Source: an uncultured Acidobacteriota bacterium (GTDB taxonomy: Bacteria > Acidobacteriota > Vicinamibacteria > Vicinamibacterales > UBA8438). From it: a stretch of 64,000 bases of DNA. The notes under the pieces are model-generated. The model searched no databases. It saw only the letters and a list, made by a program, of their open reading frames with translations, and was not told the DNA's origin. Positions 27,549 through 36,964 of the stretch are shown here, piece by piece. Made by a program: the position numbers and the translations under genes. Within the stretch, counting starts at the first letter, position 1; each line of letters opens with the position of its first letter. Location of the stretch: NCBI GenBank assembly GCA_913043225.1, contig CAJWLU010000001.1, positions 64,001-128,000 on the forward strand, read 5' to 3'.

Positions 27549-29522
27549 ATGCCCGTGCTGAAGGTCCCGTGTCAGGCTGGAAGATTTGCGGCCTTCGCAG
27601 TGGCTGCCGGGCTACTGGCGGCCGCGTCGGCCCATGCCCAAGACCTGGTCGGCGACTGGCGGTCATTCGCAGCCGACCCGGCCAGCACGAAATACTCGGG
27701 GCTCGACCAGATCACGCCCGACAACATCGACCGCCTCGAGCCAGTGTGGACCTGGGACGCCGCCGCGCTTGACGCCACGACCGGCCAGTCACCCCGCGGC
27801 TTCCGGGCCACGCCGATCAAGGTGGACGACCGGCTCTACGTGAGCACCACCTTAAACCTGGTGGCAGCCCTTGACCCGGCGAGTGGCGCCTTGCTCTGGT
27901 CCTTCGACCCAAAAGCCTATGACTTCGAGACGCCAACTCACGGAGGTCTCGGTAGCCGCGGGGTCGCCTACTGGAGCGACGGGGCCAGGGAGGAGCGGAT
28001 TGTGTTCGCCACCGGCGGCATGCAGTTGCTCACGCTCGACCCGGCCACTGGGGCCCTGGTGACCGGCTTCGGCGACGCCGGCTACGTGGACCTTACCCAG
28101 GGGCTCGGGCGAGAGATCCCGCGCGAGCACTACAACCAGAAGTCGCCCCCCACGATGTGTGGGGACACAATCGTCGTCGGATCCATTGTCAACGACCTGG
28201 GCCTGACGCGCCAGATGCCGCCCGGACACGTCCGGGGCTACGACGTTCAGACCGGCGCGATGAAGTGGGTCTTCCATACCATTCCGCAGGACGGCGAGTT
28301 CGGCGTCGAGACCTGGGAAGACGGCTCGTGGCGCTATACCGGAAACACGAACGTCTGGTCATGGATGAGCTGCGACGAAGAGCTCGGCTATGTCTATCTA
28401 CCGCTGGGCACTCCAAGCGACGACTGGTATGGTGGCCACCGGCTAGGTGACAACCTATTCGCCGAGAGCGTGGTTGCCCTCGACGCCGAGACGGGTCAGC
28501 GAGTGTGGCACTTCCAGGCGGTGCATCACGGCGTCTGGGACTACGACTTCCCGAGCGCCCCGAACCTGGTTGACATCGTGGTCGATGGCGTGCCGATCAA
28601 GGCACTGGCGCAGACCAGCAAGCAAGCCTTCACCTACGTCTTTGACCGGGTGACCGGCGAGCCGGTCTGGCCAATCGAAGAGCGACCGGTGCCCGCCTCG
28701 ATCGTGCCAGGAGAACGACTCTCCCCGACCCAGCCGTTCCCCACCAAACCGCCTCCGTTCGATCGTCAGGGCATTACCATCGACGATCTGATCGACTTCA
28801 CCCCCGAGTTGCGACAGGAAGCGCTCGACATCGTCGAGGACTTCATCATCGGCCCGCTCTTCACTCCACCGATCGTGGCGGGACATAACGGCAAAGAGGG
28901 CGTCATCCAGCTGCCCGGAATCGTGGGCGGCGTGAACTGGCCGGGCGGCTCGGTCGACCCGGAAACCGGGTATCTCTTCGTCCAGTCGTCCACCTACCCG
29001 TGGGTGACCGCACTCGAAGCGCCGAACCCGGACGAGTCTGACTTGGCCTATCGATTTGAAACCTGGTCACGGTCGCCGCCAGGCCCCCGAGGGCTTCCCC
29101 TGATCAAGCCGCCCTATGCCCGATTGACCGCGATCGACCTTAACCGGGGCGACATCGCCTGGCAGGTGCCGTTGGGAGACGGGCCGCGTGAGAAAGTAAA
29201 CGCCATCGTCGGTAACGGCACCGACGTCGGCCCCCTCGGCTGGGAGTCGATGTCGGCAGTCAACGGTAACGCCCCCTTGGTCACCAAGACGTTGCTCTTC
29301 GTAAACCAGGGCTTCACGCCGGATGATCCCGAGAACCCGCAACTGGGAATCATGCGAGCGTTCGACAAGTCGACTGGCGAACTCGTGTCTGAGCGCCCGC
29401 TCGAGACCTCTCCCCGCGGCGCGCCGATCACCTACCTTCACGGCGGCCGACAGTATCTGGTGTTCGCCGTGGGCGGCGGCGACAGCCCGCCCGGACTCAG
29501 GTCGTACGCTGTCGCGGAGTAA
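27549..29522 (+). CDS. PQQ-dependent dehydrogenase, glucose/quinate-type, without membrane domain
   Basis: KYSGLDQIT, WYGGHRLGDNLFAES, HHGVWDYD, GGVNWPG, KPPYAR; paralog of the divergent neighbour. Confidence 0.9.
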   Translation: MPVLKVPCQAGRFAAFAVAAGLLAAASAHAQDLVGDWRSFAADPASTKYSGLDQITPDNIDRLEPVWTWDAAALDATTGQSPRGFRATPIKVDDRLYVSTTLNLVAALDPASGALLWSFDPKAYDFETPTHGGLGSRGVAYWSDGAREERIVFATGGMQLLTLDPATGALVTGFGDAGYVDLTQGLGREIPREHYNQKSPPTMCGDTIVVGSIVNDLGLTRQMPPGHVRGYDVQTGAMKWVFHTIPQDGEFGVETWEDGSWRYTGNTNVWSWMSCDEELGYVYLPLGTPSDDWYGGHRLGDNLFAESVVALDAETGQRVWHFQAVHHGVWDYDFPSAPNLVDIVVDGVPIKALAQTSKQAFTYVFDRVTGEPVWPIEERPVPASIVPGERLSPTQPFPTKPPPFDRQGITIDDLIDFTPELRQEALDIVEDFIIGPLFTPPIVAGHNGKEGVIQLPGIVGGVNWPGGSVDPETGYLFVQSSTYPWVTALEAPNPDESDLAYRFETWSRSPPGPRGLPLIKPPYARLTAIDLNRGDIAWQVPLGDGPREKVNAIVGNGTDVGPLGWESMSAVNGNAPLVTKTLLFVNQGFTPDDPENPQLGIMRAFDKSTGELVSERPLETSPRGAPITYLHGGRQYLVFAVGGGDSPPGLRSYAVAE

Positions 29523-29549
29523 GCCGGGACGAGAGCTACCTGCTCTACG

Positions 29550-31808
29550 TCACCGCAAGACGTCGAACAGGTAGCTGTACTTAAGGATGAAGCTACGGCC
29601 CGCACTGGTGTGCGGAGCAGCGCCAAGCCCATCGGTCTCGTTGTAGACCAGGAACAACCCGGTGTTGGCATCCTGCAGCCAGCCGAACCGGAAGTTAACC
29701 GACCAGGTGTCGGAACTGTCGTTGTACTGCAGCAGGCTCTGCGCGAAGACGCGCGGCGAGAAGTTGTAGGCGATGGTGGTCGACACCAGGTTGGTGATGA
29801 CCGAGCCCAGCGGTAGGTCGATATCGTTCCGGTTCCAATTGAGTTGCACGTTGAGCACCTCCCCCCGGCGGAACCCGAGCGACGGCCCGTAGGAGCGGAG
29901 GGTACCGCCGAAGAACCCGCTATGCGAGAAGGCGGCCCCGACGTTGACTGGGGCCGAGCGATCGGACGTGTAGCGCAGGGTAAGCTCGTCCCACTCGTAG
30001 GCACCCAGTTGCACCGGCACCCCCGAGACCGAGAACGGTCTCACCACTCCCTCCTTCCTGACGTTCCACCAACTAGAGAGGGTAGAGCTATCGTCGAATT
30101 CCCATGTCACATCCATGTGGAGCAGCGAGCTCTCAATGAACCCCTGATCCCGGTTCCAGAACCGATTGAAGGTAACGTGCGGCTGGATCTCCTGGATCTT
30201 GAGGAAGCTCTCTGGACGGTAGGTGTAGAAAATGCCCCCATCTACCTTCCGGAACCCACGCCGTCGGACGAAACCGACCTCTGGGTTGAAGTTGTCACCC
30301 ATCTCCATATAACCGAGGCGCAGCCGCCAGGCCTGGGCGTTGTAGTCAACAGCGGTGTCCCAGGCGTGGTCTTCGTCGATCAGCCCGGGGGTCTCGGTCT
30401 TCGCCGCGAACCCGGTGATGGTGCCGTTCTGGCCGAATCCCAGACGACCGTCGACCGCATAGGTCCGGTTGAGGTCGTTGTTCGCCGCCAAGTCGCCAGT
30501 GGCCTGCCGGTTGACGAACAGGGCGCCAATACTGGAGCGGTTCGGCAGGTCCTGACGCAGCCGCGCCACCCCGACGTTGTTGCCCGCCGCGCCACCCGCC
30601 TCGTCGGTCTGCATGTTAAGGAGACCAATCGTCGTGGAGTCGGTGACCTTTCCCGACAGCCGGGCTCCACCCAGGATTGGGATCGCCTGCCCCCCGTCAC
30701 CAATGCCTATCCGGCGGCTAAAGAAGAGCTCGGTCTGGCTGGGATCATTAAAGGCGGCCCCTCCGCTGTTGGCCACCGTAAAAGCGCCCGCGTTCTCCAG
30801 AAAGAACGGCCGCTTCTCTGGAAAGAACAGATTGAACCGGTCAAGATTGATCTGCTGCTGGTCAACCTCAACCTGCGCGAAGTCGGTGTTATAGGTGGCA
30901 TCGAAGGTCAGCCCCGACGTCACCCCGTACTTGAGGTCGGCTCCCCAATCGCCGGTGGTCCGGATGGCGTTGTCCAGTGACTCGGTGCGCTGCACACCCT
31001 CGCCGACGACATAGGGCGTGATCTGCAGCGTGCGCCAGAGATCCTCCGGCGCCTGAATGTTGGTGAGCTGTCCGGCCATCGACACCCGAAACAGATCAAA
31101 TTGCCTCGGAAGCGGCGACCAGTAGGCGAGCTCGTTCCGACGACGGATGCTCCGCTGGACGTTGAAGCCCCACACCTGCTCCTGGCCAGCAGGGAACCGT
31201 ATGGTGCGGAACGGAATGGCGAACTCCGCCGTCCATCCCACGTCGGAGATTGCCGTCCGAACCTGCCACGCCCCGTCCCAGTTCAGGTTGAAGCCGCCTC
31301 CGGCACCGGACGAGGTGCCTCCGCGGCCCATCCCGCTCCCCCCGGCGCCCTCATTGATCAGCTGACCGTCATACTCCTGCCCGCCCGGGCTAGTGCCGAA
31401 CACGAAGCCGTTCTGCTGGTCGAGAAATGTGTCGAGGATTAGCTGGATGCTGTCGCTGCTCGTGAGCGTGGAGTCGCGACGGCTGTCGCTGATGATGATA
31501 GAAGCCGGGTCGTCGTCATAGCAGACGATGGCGAAGTAGATCGTGTCGTCGGTGAAGACGACGCGGACCTCGGTCTTCTCCGAGGCCGGCTGCCCCTCGT
31601 CGGGCGCGGTCTGCACGAACCCACTCGCGGCCGGCACTCCCATCCACGCCGGGTCGCCAAGAACGTCCCCGTCAATCGTTGGCGCCACGGCCGCCGGTGC
31701 GGCTGCTGTTCGACGGACCTCGGAGGCCAGCGGGAACTCCTGAGCGGCCAAAGGCGCCGAGGCAAGCAGGAGCGAAACGAGCGTGAACTGGATCCGCGTG
31801 AACGTCAT
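29550..31808 (-). CDS. DUF5916 protein with CBM9-like domain (second paralog)
   Basis: Same motifs as 15963-18227; start moved to ATG 31808, which gives a signal peptide. Confidence 0.85.
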   Translation of the reverse strand: MTFTRIQFTLVSLLLASAPLAAQEFPLASEVRRTAAAPAAVAPTIDGDVLGDPAWMGVPAASGFVQTAPDEGQPASEKTEVRVVFTDDTIYFAIVCYDDDPASIIISDSRRDSTLTSSDSIQLILDTFLDQQNGFVFGTSPGGQEYDGQLINEGAGGSGMGRGGTSSGAGGGFNLNWDGAWQVRTAISDVGWTAEFAIPFRTIRFPAGQEQVWGFNVQRSIRRRNELAYWSPLPRQFDLFRVSMAGQLTNIQAPEDLWRTLQITPYVVGEGVQRTESLDNAIRTTGDWGADLKYGVTSGLTFDATYNTDFAQVEVDQQQINLDRFNLFFPEKRPFFLENAGAFTVANSGGAAFNDPSQTELFFSRRIGIGDGGQAIPILGGARLSGKVTDSTTIGLLNMQTDEAGGAAGNNVGVARLRQDLPNRSSIGALFVNRQATGDLAANNDLNRTYAVDGRLGFGQNGTITGFAAKTETPGLIDEDHAWDTAVDYNAQAWRLRLGYMEMGDNFNPEVGFVRRRGFRKVDGGIFYTYRPESFLKIQEIQPHVTFNRFWNRDQGFIESSLLHMDVTWEFDDSSTLSSWWNVRKEGVVRPFSVSGVPVQLGAYEWDELTLRYTSDRSAPVNVGAAFSHSGFFGGTLRSYGPSLGFRRGEVLNVQLNWNRNDIDLPLGSVITNLVSTTIAYNFSPRVFAQSLLQYNDSSDTWSVNFRFGWLQDANTGLFLVYNETDGLGAAPHTSAGRSFILKYSYLFDVLR

Positions 31809-32144
31809 CACCTTCGCCGACGTGGCCAAGCAACTGCGGCATTCTACGCGGTATGGGGCGAGTCTGGAGACCCGGGCCCAGCCAGGCGTCCCCTTGGCGA
31901 AGACGTTTGAGAACACTCGCTGAGTCTCGTTGTTGAGTAAGACGGCAACGGCTCAGACCCCGAACGGGAAGCTCGATGGAAGCCTAGAGCGGCCGGTGAT
32001 GGGAGCCGTCCCAGAACCAGGCGCGTCTACTGCGTTCGTCGTCGCCCTCACGGCAAGCCGCTCGCCATCCCCAACATCAGAATTGAGGTGCACCGCACTG
32101 CCGCTCGCCGTAGACTGATATGCACTGAACGGCGAGGTCGACGT

Positions 32145-32711
32145 ATGAACACGCTGCTCCGCCGACCGACGTCCTGGGCCCTCTTTCTTGGACTGCTCGC
32201 GACGCCGGTGCTGGCGCAACCCCAGACCCACGAGATCATCGTGGAAAGCCCGGCCATGACCACCGGAAAAACGATGCCGTCGGTCTACACGCCAGACGGG
32301 CGGAACCTGTCGCCACCGATCACCTGGCGCAATCTTCCCGCCGGCACCCGCGAGATCGCCGTGGTCTGTTCCGACTTCGGCGCCGGCAATCCGCCGCCGT
32401 GGGTGCACTGGATCATCTACAGCATCCCGGGCAGCGCGACCGGGCTTCCCCAGGGCCTTCCGATCATGGAGGAGACGCCGATGCCGGCCGCGCTCGAAGG
32501 CGCGATCCAGGGGCTCAACGGATGGCGTCGGCCGTACTACCGCGGGCCAGCGCCTCCCGCCGGTACCCCGCATCTCTATCATTTCAAGGTCTACGCACTC
32601 GATACCGAGCTCGGCCTCCAACCAGGCCTCGATCGGGAAGATCTCCTGCGCGCGATGGAAGGCCACATCATCGGCCAAGGTGAGCTGGTGCCGGTGTACG
32701 AACGGTTCTAA
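32145..32711 (+). CDS. YbhB/YbcL family (PEBP/RKIP-like) protein, exported
   Basis: NLSPPITW, WVHW, YRGPAPP, HLYHFKVYALD; GAGG before ATG 32145. Confidence 0.9.
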   Translation: MNTLLRRPTSWALFLGLLATPVLAQPQTHEIIVESPAMTTGKTMPSVYTPDGRNLSPPITWRNLPAGTREIAVVCSDFGAGNPPPWVHWIIYSIPGSATGLPQGLPIMEETPMPAALEGAIQGLNGWRRPYYRGPAPPAGTPHLYHFKVYALDTELGLQPGLDREDLLRAMEGHIIGQGELVPVYERF

Positions 32712-32722
32712 GGACACAGGTC

Positions 32723-33472
32723 ATGACAGACGAACGACGGACGCTCTCACGACGGGCGCTACTCCGTGGCGCCGGCGTGGCTGGCGCCGCCGCTGCGGTG
32801 ACGGCAGTGGGTGTGCCAACCGCGGCCGCGCCTCCTACGCCCGAGGCTCCCCGGCAGGGACTGGCGCCTGAGCAACCGTCCGGAATCGCACCCGCGCCGG
32901 CGATCTATGAGCAGCTGACGGCTGACGAGGCAGAACTCCTCGAGGCGATCGCCGACCATCTGATTCCCGAGGACGAGCTTGGGCCAGGGGCGGTGGCTGC
33001 CGGCGCGGTGGTCTACATCGACCGTGCACTTAGCGGCGCGCTGTCCGATTCCCGCAATGCCTATCGAGGTGGTCTGGCGGCGTTTGACCGCTACTGTCGC
33101 GCATCACGCGGAGCGCCGTTCCGCGAACTCTCACACCTGGATCAGGTCTCGGCCTTGATCGACGTCGAGACCGGCGGCGCCACCGGAGCTAAAACCGGCT
33201 TCAGCGGCAGCTCGGCCAGCTTCTTCGGAATGGTGCGTAACCACGTGCTGCAGGGCACGTTCGGCGACCCGTACTATGGCGGTAATCGAGAGTACATCGG
33301 GTGGGACCTACTGCGGTATCCGGGAGTGCGCACCGCGGTCTCCCCGGCGCTCCAGGAAGCCCTGGAAGCCGGAGCGCTGGAGCCGAACCACCGCTCCGCC
33401 TACGACTCACCAAACTTCGAGAAGGCCGTCGTAGACCACCGGCGCGAGGGAGGCACTCACCATGGCGACTAG
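32723..33472 (+). CDS. Gluconate 2-dehydrogenase subunit 3 (gamma) family protein
   Basis: Tat motif SRRALL; LIPED..GPGA; YIDRAL; GTFGDPYYGGN...GW. Confidence 0.88.
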   Translation: MTDERRTLSRRALLRGAGVAGAAAAVTAVGVPTAAAPPTPEAPRQGLAPEQPSGIAPAPAIYEQLTADEAELLEAIADHLIPEDELGPGAVAAGAVVYIDRALSGALSDSRNAYRGGLAAFDRYCRASRGAPFRELSHLDQVSALIDVETGGATGAKTGFSGSSASFFGMVRNHVLQGTFGDPYYGGNREYIGWDLLRYPGVRTAVSPALQEALEAGALEPNHRSAYDSPNFEKAVVDHRREGGTHHGD

Positions 33473-35168
33473 GCTCCCTGGCACCGACGTGGTCATCATC
33501 GGTCTCGGCGCCGCCGGCGGCGTCGCGGCGCTCCCACTGGCCGAGGCCGGACTCGACATCGTGGGTCTCGAGGCAGGCAGCCGTCTAACCAAGCGCGATT
33601 TCGCCCCGGACGAGATCCGGAACAACGTGCGTGACTGGCCTTTCTCTGTGCGGAAGTGCGACAGTGAAATTCCAACCCTCAGACGCACGAGCGGCGGCGC
33701 CGCTGTCCAGGGTGGCGGACACCCGATGATGAACGGGGTCGGAGGCACCACGCTGCACTACTGGGCCCAGAGCTGGCGTCTGAACCCATGGGACTTCAAG
33801 GTGGTGTCGGAAACCACCAATCGTTACGGACACTCCCGAATCCCCGAAGACTCCACCGTCGAAGACTGGCCGATCGGTTATGAGGACCTCGAGTCGTACT
33901 ACGACCGGGTCGAGCACGAGATCGGCGTGTCCGGTCAGGCGGGCAACGTCCAGGGACGGATGGATGCGCGCGGCAACCCGTTCGAAGGCGCACGCGAGCG
34001 CGAATACCCTATGCCGGCGCTCAGGTGGACCAAGCACCTGAATGGTATGGCCGACGCGGCGCGCTCGCTCGGCTGGAAACCGTTCCCGGGACCAGCCGCC
34101 GTGAACTCGGAGGTGTATCAAGGGCGCTCCGGCTGCATGTATCACGGCCACTGTAATAAGGGCGGTTGCCACGTCGACGCCAAAAACTCCCCTGCCGTCA
34201 CCACCATCCCCAGGGCGGAAACCACCGGACGGCTCTCCGTCGTCACCCACGCCACGGTGACCAAGATCGAGACCGACAACAACGGTCGCGTGACGGGGGT
34301 CACCTATCTGCAGGATCGTGAGGAGTACTTTCAACCGGCCAGGTTCGTCTTCCTGTCGACCTACACCTACGAGAACGTGCGCCTTCTGCTCCTCTCAAAG
34401 TCCCGCGCGTTTCCGCTGGGACTCTCGAACAACCGGTCCCAGGTCGGCCGGCACTATCTCAGCCACCATCAGGGAGCCGGCGTCACGGCGCTATTTCCCT
34501 ACGACACCCACGCGTGGTACGGACTCCCGGCCCAAGGTGTCGCCATCGACGACTTCGCCGACGACAACTTCGACCACAGCGGCCTAGACTTTATCGGGGG
34601 CGGTAACCTCTGGGTCTACTCGGACCGGCGGCCGATCTCGGCAGCCAATATGAGCACCTTCGGCCTCGCGCCAACCTGGGGCTCGACGTGGAAGCGGTTC
34701 ATTCGGGCAAATGCCGACCGGACCAACAGCGCCTACATCCAGAAGACCACGCTGCCCTACGAATCGAACTACCTCGACCTCGACCCCGGGGTAACGGACC
34801 CGCTCGGGTTCCCCGTGATCCGGATCACGGCCGAGTACAAAGAGAACGAGCTCCGTATCGCCGACTTTCTGCAGGAAAAGATGGAGGGTTGGTATCGGGA
34901 GGCGGGCGCGATCGATGTGGTGCGCAGCCCGCTCGGTGGGCAGATGGAGGTGTCGACCCACGCCTATGGTGGCACCAGGATGGGCGACAACCCGGAGACC
35001 AACGTGGTCGACCGATACGGCATCTCGCACGAAGTCCCGAACCTAGGGGTCCTCGGGGCATCGGTCATGGGCACCAGCGGCGCTCGTAACCCAACGCTGA
35101 CCGTGCAGGCACTGGCCTGGCGCACGGCCGAACACGTCGTCAACAACTGGAGCGCGCTGGCCGAATAG
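33462..35168 (+). CDS. GMC oxidoreductase, gluconate 2-dehydrogenase flavoprotein-like
   Basis: GLGAAG FAD motif, GVGGTTLHY, CMYHGHCNKGGC Cys cluster, THAYGGTRMG, NPTLT. Confidence 0.88.
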   Translation: MATRLPGTDVVIIGLGAAGGVAALPLAEAGLDIVGLEAGSRLTKRDFAPDEIRNNVRDWPFSVRKCDSEIPTLRRTSGGAAVQGGGHPMMNGVGGTTLHYWAQSWRLNPWDFKVVSETTNRYGHSRIPEDSTVEDWPIGYEDLESYYDRVEHEIGVSGQAGNVQGRMDARGNPFEGAREREYPMPALRWTKHLNGMADAARSLGWKPFPGPAAVNSEVYQGRSGCMYHGHCNKGGCHVDAKNSPAVTTIPRAETTGRLSVVTHATVTKIETDNNGRVTGVTYLQDREEYFQPARFVFLSTYTYENVRLLLLSKSRAFPLGLSNNRSQVGRHYLSHHQGAGVTALFPYDTHAWYGLPAQGVAIDDFADDNFDHSGLDFIGGGNLWVYSDRRPISAANMSTFGLAPTWGSTWKRFIRANADRTNSAYIQKTTLPYESNYLDLDPGVTDPLGFPVIRITAEYKENELRIADFLQEKMEGWYREAGAIDVVRSPLGGQMEVSTHAYGGTRMGDNPETNVVDRYGISHEVPNLGVLGASVMGTSGARNPTLTVQALAWRTAEHVVNNWSALAE

Positions 35169-35185
35169 GCACGACGGGAAGCACG

Positions 35186-36943
35186 ATGAAGTACTGGTCA
35201 ACACTTCTGCTCTTGCTCGTTACCCTCCCAGCCGAGGCGCAGGACCGGCGGGCGCCGGACCCACGCTCGATGGGCGGAGGCGACTGCCGGGACAACGTCT
35301 ACAACTGCGCCGACACCCCCAACCCGCTCCCCGCGCCGGATACGGTCTGGATCGAGGAAATGACCTGGATGGACGTCCGGGATGCTCTAGCCGACGGCAA
35401 GACCACTGCCATCGTGCCAACGGGCGGAATCGAGCCGAACGGACCCTGGCTGGTAACGGGCAAGCACAATTACGTGCTCAAAGCCAACTGCGACGCCATC
35501 GCGCGGCGACTGGGCGACGCTCTCTGCGCGCCGGTCATCAAGCTGGTTCCGGAAGGTCAGATCGAGCCGCAAACCGGACATATGCGGAGCCCGGGCACGC
35601 TCTCGGTGAGGCAGGACACCTTCGAAGCGATGCTGACCGACGTGGCTCGCAGCCTGAAGACGCACGGATTCCGGAACATCGTGTTCATCGGCGACAGCGG
35701 CGGCAACCAGCAGGGGCAACGCGCGGTCGCAGAGCGACTGAATGCCGAGTGGAACAGCGGGCCGATCGTCGCGCACGTGCCGGAATACTACGACTACGAC
35801 AGCGTCCGCCGCTACATGGCCTACCGCGGCCTCGAAACCGGTGAGAGCGACGGCCTCCACGACGATCCGCTGATCACGCTGAATATGTTCTACGCCGACC
35901 CGTCATCGATCCGGTACGACGAACGGGTGGCTCGCGATCTGGCGTCTATCGACGGCGTGTCTCTGGCCGACCGCATTCGCACCCTGGAGCTAGCGCGCAA
36001 AGTGGTGGCATTCCGTGCCGCGCACACGGCTGAGGCCATCCATCGAGCGCTGGCAAACCGAGGGACGCTGCCCGCACCGCCTCGCCAGACACGACCGGCT
36101 CGTGCCTCCAACTCGACACCCAGCCCCGCTCCCGATCCTCGGAGCCTGGGCGGTGGCAGCTGCAAGGCTAACGATTACAACTGTGCCGGGACCCCCAATC
36201 CGCTTCCGACGGCCGACACGGTGTGGCTCGAGGCGATGACCTGGATAGACGTCCGGGACGCGCTGGCTTCGGGCACGACGACCGCCATCATCTCAACCGG
36301 CGGGGTAGAACCGAATGGCCCTTGGCTGGCGACCGGCAAGCACAACTTCGTGCTTCGGGCTAACTGTGAACGGATCGCCAGACGGCTGGGTGACGCCCTG
36401 TGCGCACCGGTCATCGAACTGGTGCCGGAGGGTCAGACCGACCCTCCGACCGGCCATATGCGAAGCCCTGGCACCCTCAGCCTGCAACAGGGAACGTTCG
36501 AAGCGCTCCTCACCGACGTAGCACACAGCCTGAAGATGCACGGCTTTACCAATATCGTGCTGATCGGCGATAGCGGAGGCAATCAGAGCGGCATGGCCAA
36601 TGTGGCGACCGCCCTGTCCGAACGCTGGGAGGGCGAGGTGCGAGTCGTGCACGTTCCGGAATATTACCGTGCCCCGGACGCCAGAGATGTGCTCGGCGAG
36701 CTGGGCGTTACCACCGACGCGCAGCCGAGTGACGGCCTGCACGACAACCCCACGATCACACTCAATATGATGCTGGACGATCCAGAGTCGGTGCGGTGGT
36801 CGGCCCGGGTCACGGCCCGTCAAGCCACGATCGACGGGGTGTCGATCGCGAATCTGGCCCGCTCGCTCGAGCTCGCCGAGCAAATCGCAAGCGTGAGAGC
36901 CCAACGCACCGTCGCGCGCATTCGCGAGCGACTCGGGCAGTAA
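35186..36943 (+). CDS. Secreted protein with two tandem creatininase-family domains
   Basis: Signal peptide; EEMTW, GGIEPNGP, GTLS, HGF.NIV.IGDSGGN each occur twice. Confidence 0.8.
   Translation: MKYWSTLLLLLVTLPAEAQDRRAPDPRSMGGGDCRDNVYNCADTPNPLPAPDTVWIEEMTWMDVRDALADGKTTAIVPTGGIEPNGPWLVTGKHNYVLKANCDAIARRLGDALCAPVIKLVPEGQIEPQTGHMRSPGTLSVRQDTFEAMLTDVARSLKTHGFRNIVFIGDSGGNQQGQRAVAERLNAEWNSGPIVAHVPEYYDYDSVRRYMAYRGLETGESDGLHDDPLITLNMFYADPSSIRYDERVARDLASIDGVSLADRIRTLELARKVVAFRAAHTAEAIHRALANRGTLPAPPRQTRPARASNSTPSPAPDPRSLGGGSCKANDYNCAGTPNPLPTADTVWLEAMTWIDVRDALASGTTTAIISTGGVEPNGPWLATGKHNFVLRANCERIARRLGDALCAPVIELVPEGQTDPPTGHMRSPGTLSLQQGTFEALLTDVAHSLKMHGFTNIVLIGDSGGNQSGMANVATALSERWEGEVRVVHVPEYYRAPDARDVLGELGVTTDAQPSDGLHDNPTITLNMMLDDPESVRWSARVTARQATIDGVSIANLARSLELAEQIASVRAQRTVARIRERLGQ
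35252..36940 (+). repeat. Intragenic diverged tandem duplication (units start near 35252 and 36128, 876-nt offset)
   Basis: APDPRSMGGGDC...NCADTPNPLP versus APDPRSLGGGSC...NCAGTPNPLP, with colinear downstream motifs. Confidence 0.85.
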
Positions 36944-36964
36944 GCTGACCCACGCGGAGCGGGC

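Noticed and set aside
25391..29522. WDYD in the two glucose/quinate-type PQQ enzymes as a lanthanide signature
   Set aside because: W-D-x-D is general in this family, including Ca/Mg enzymes
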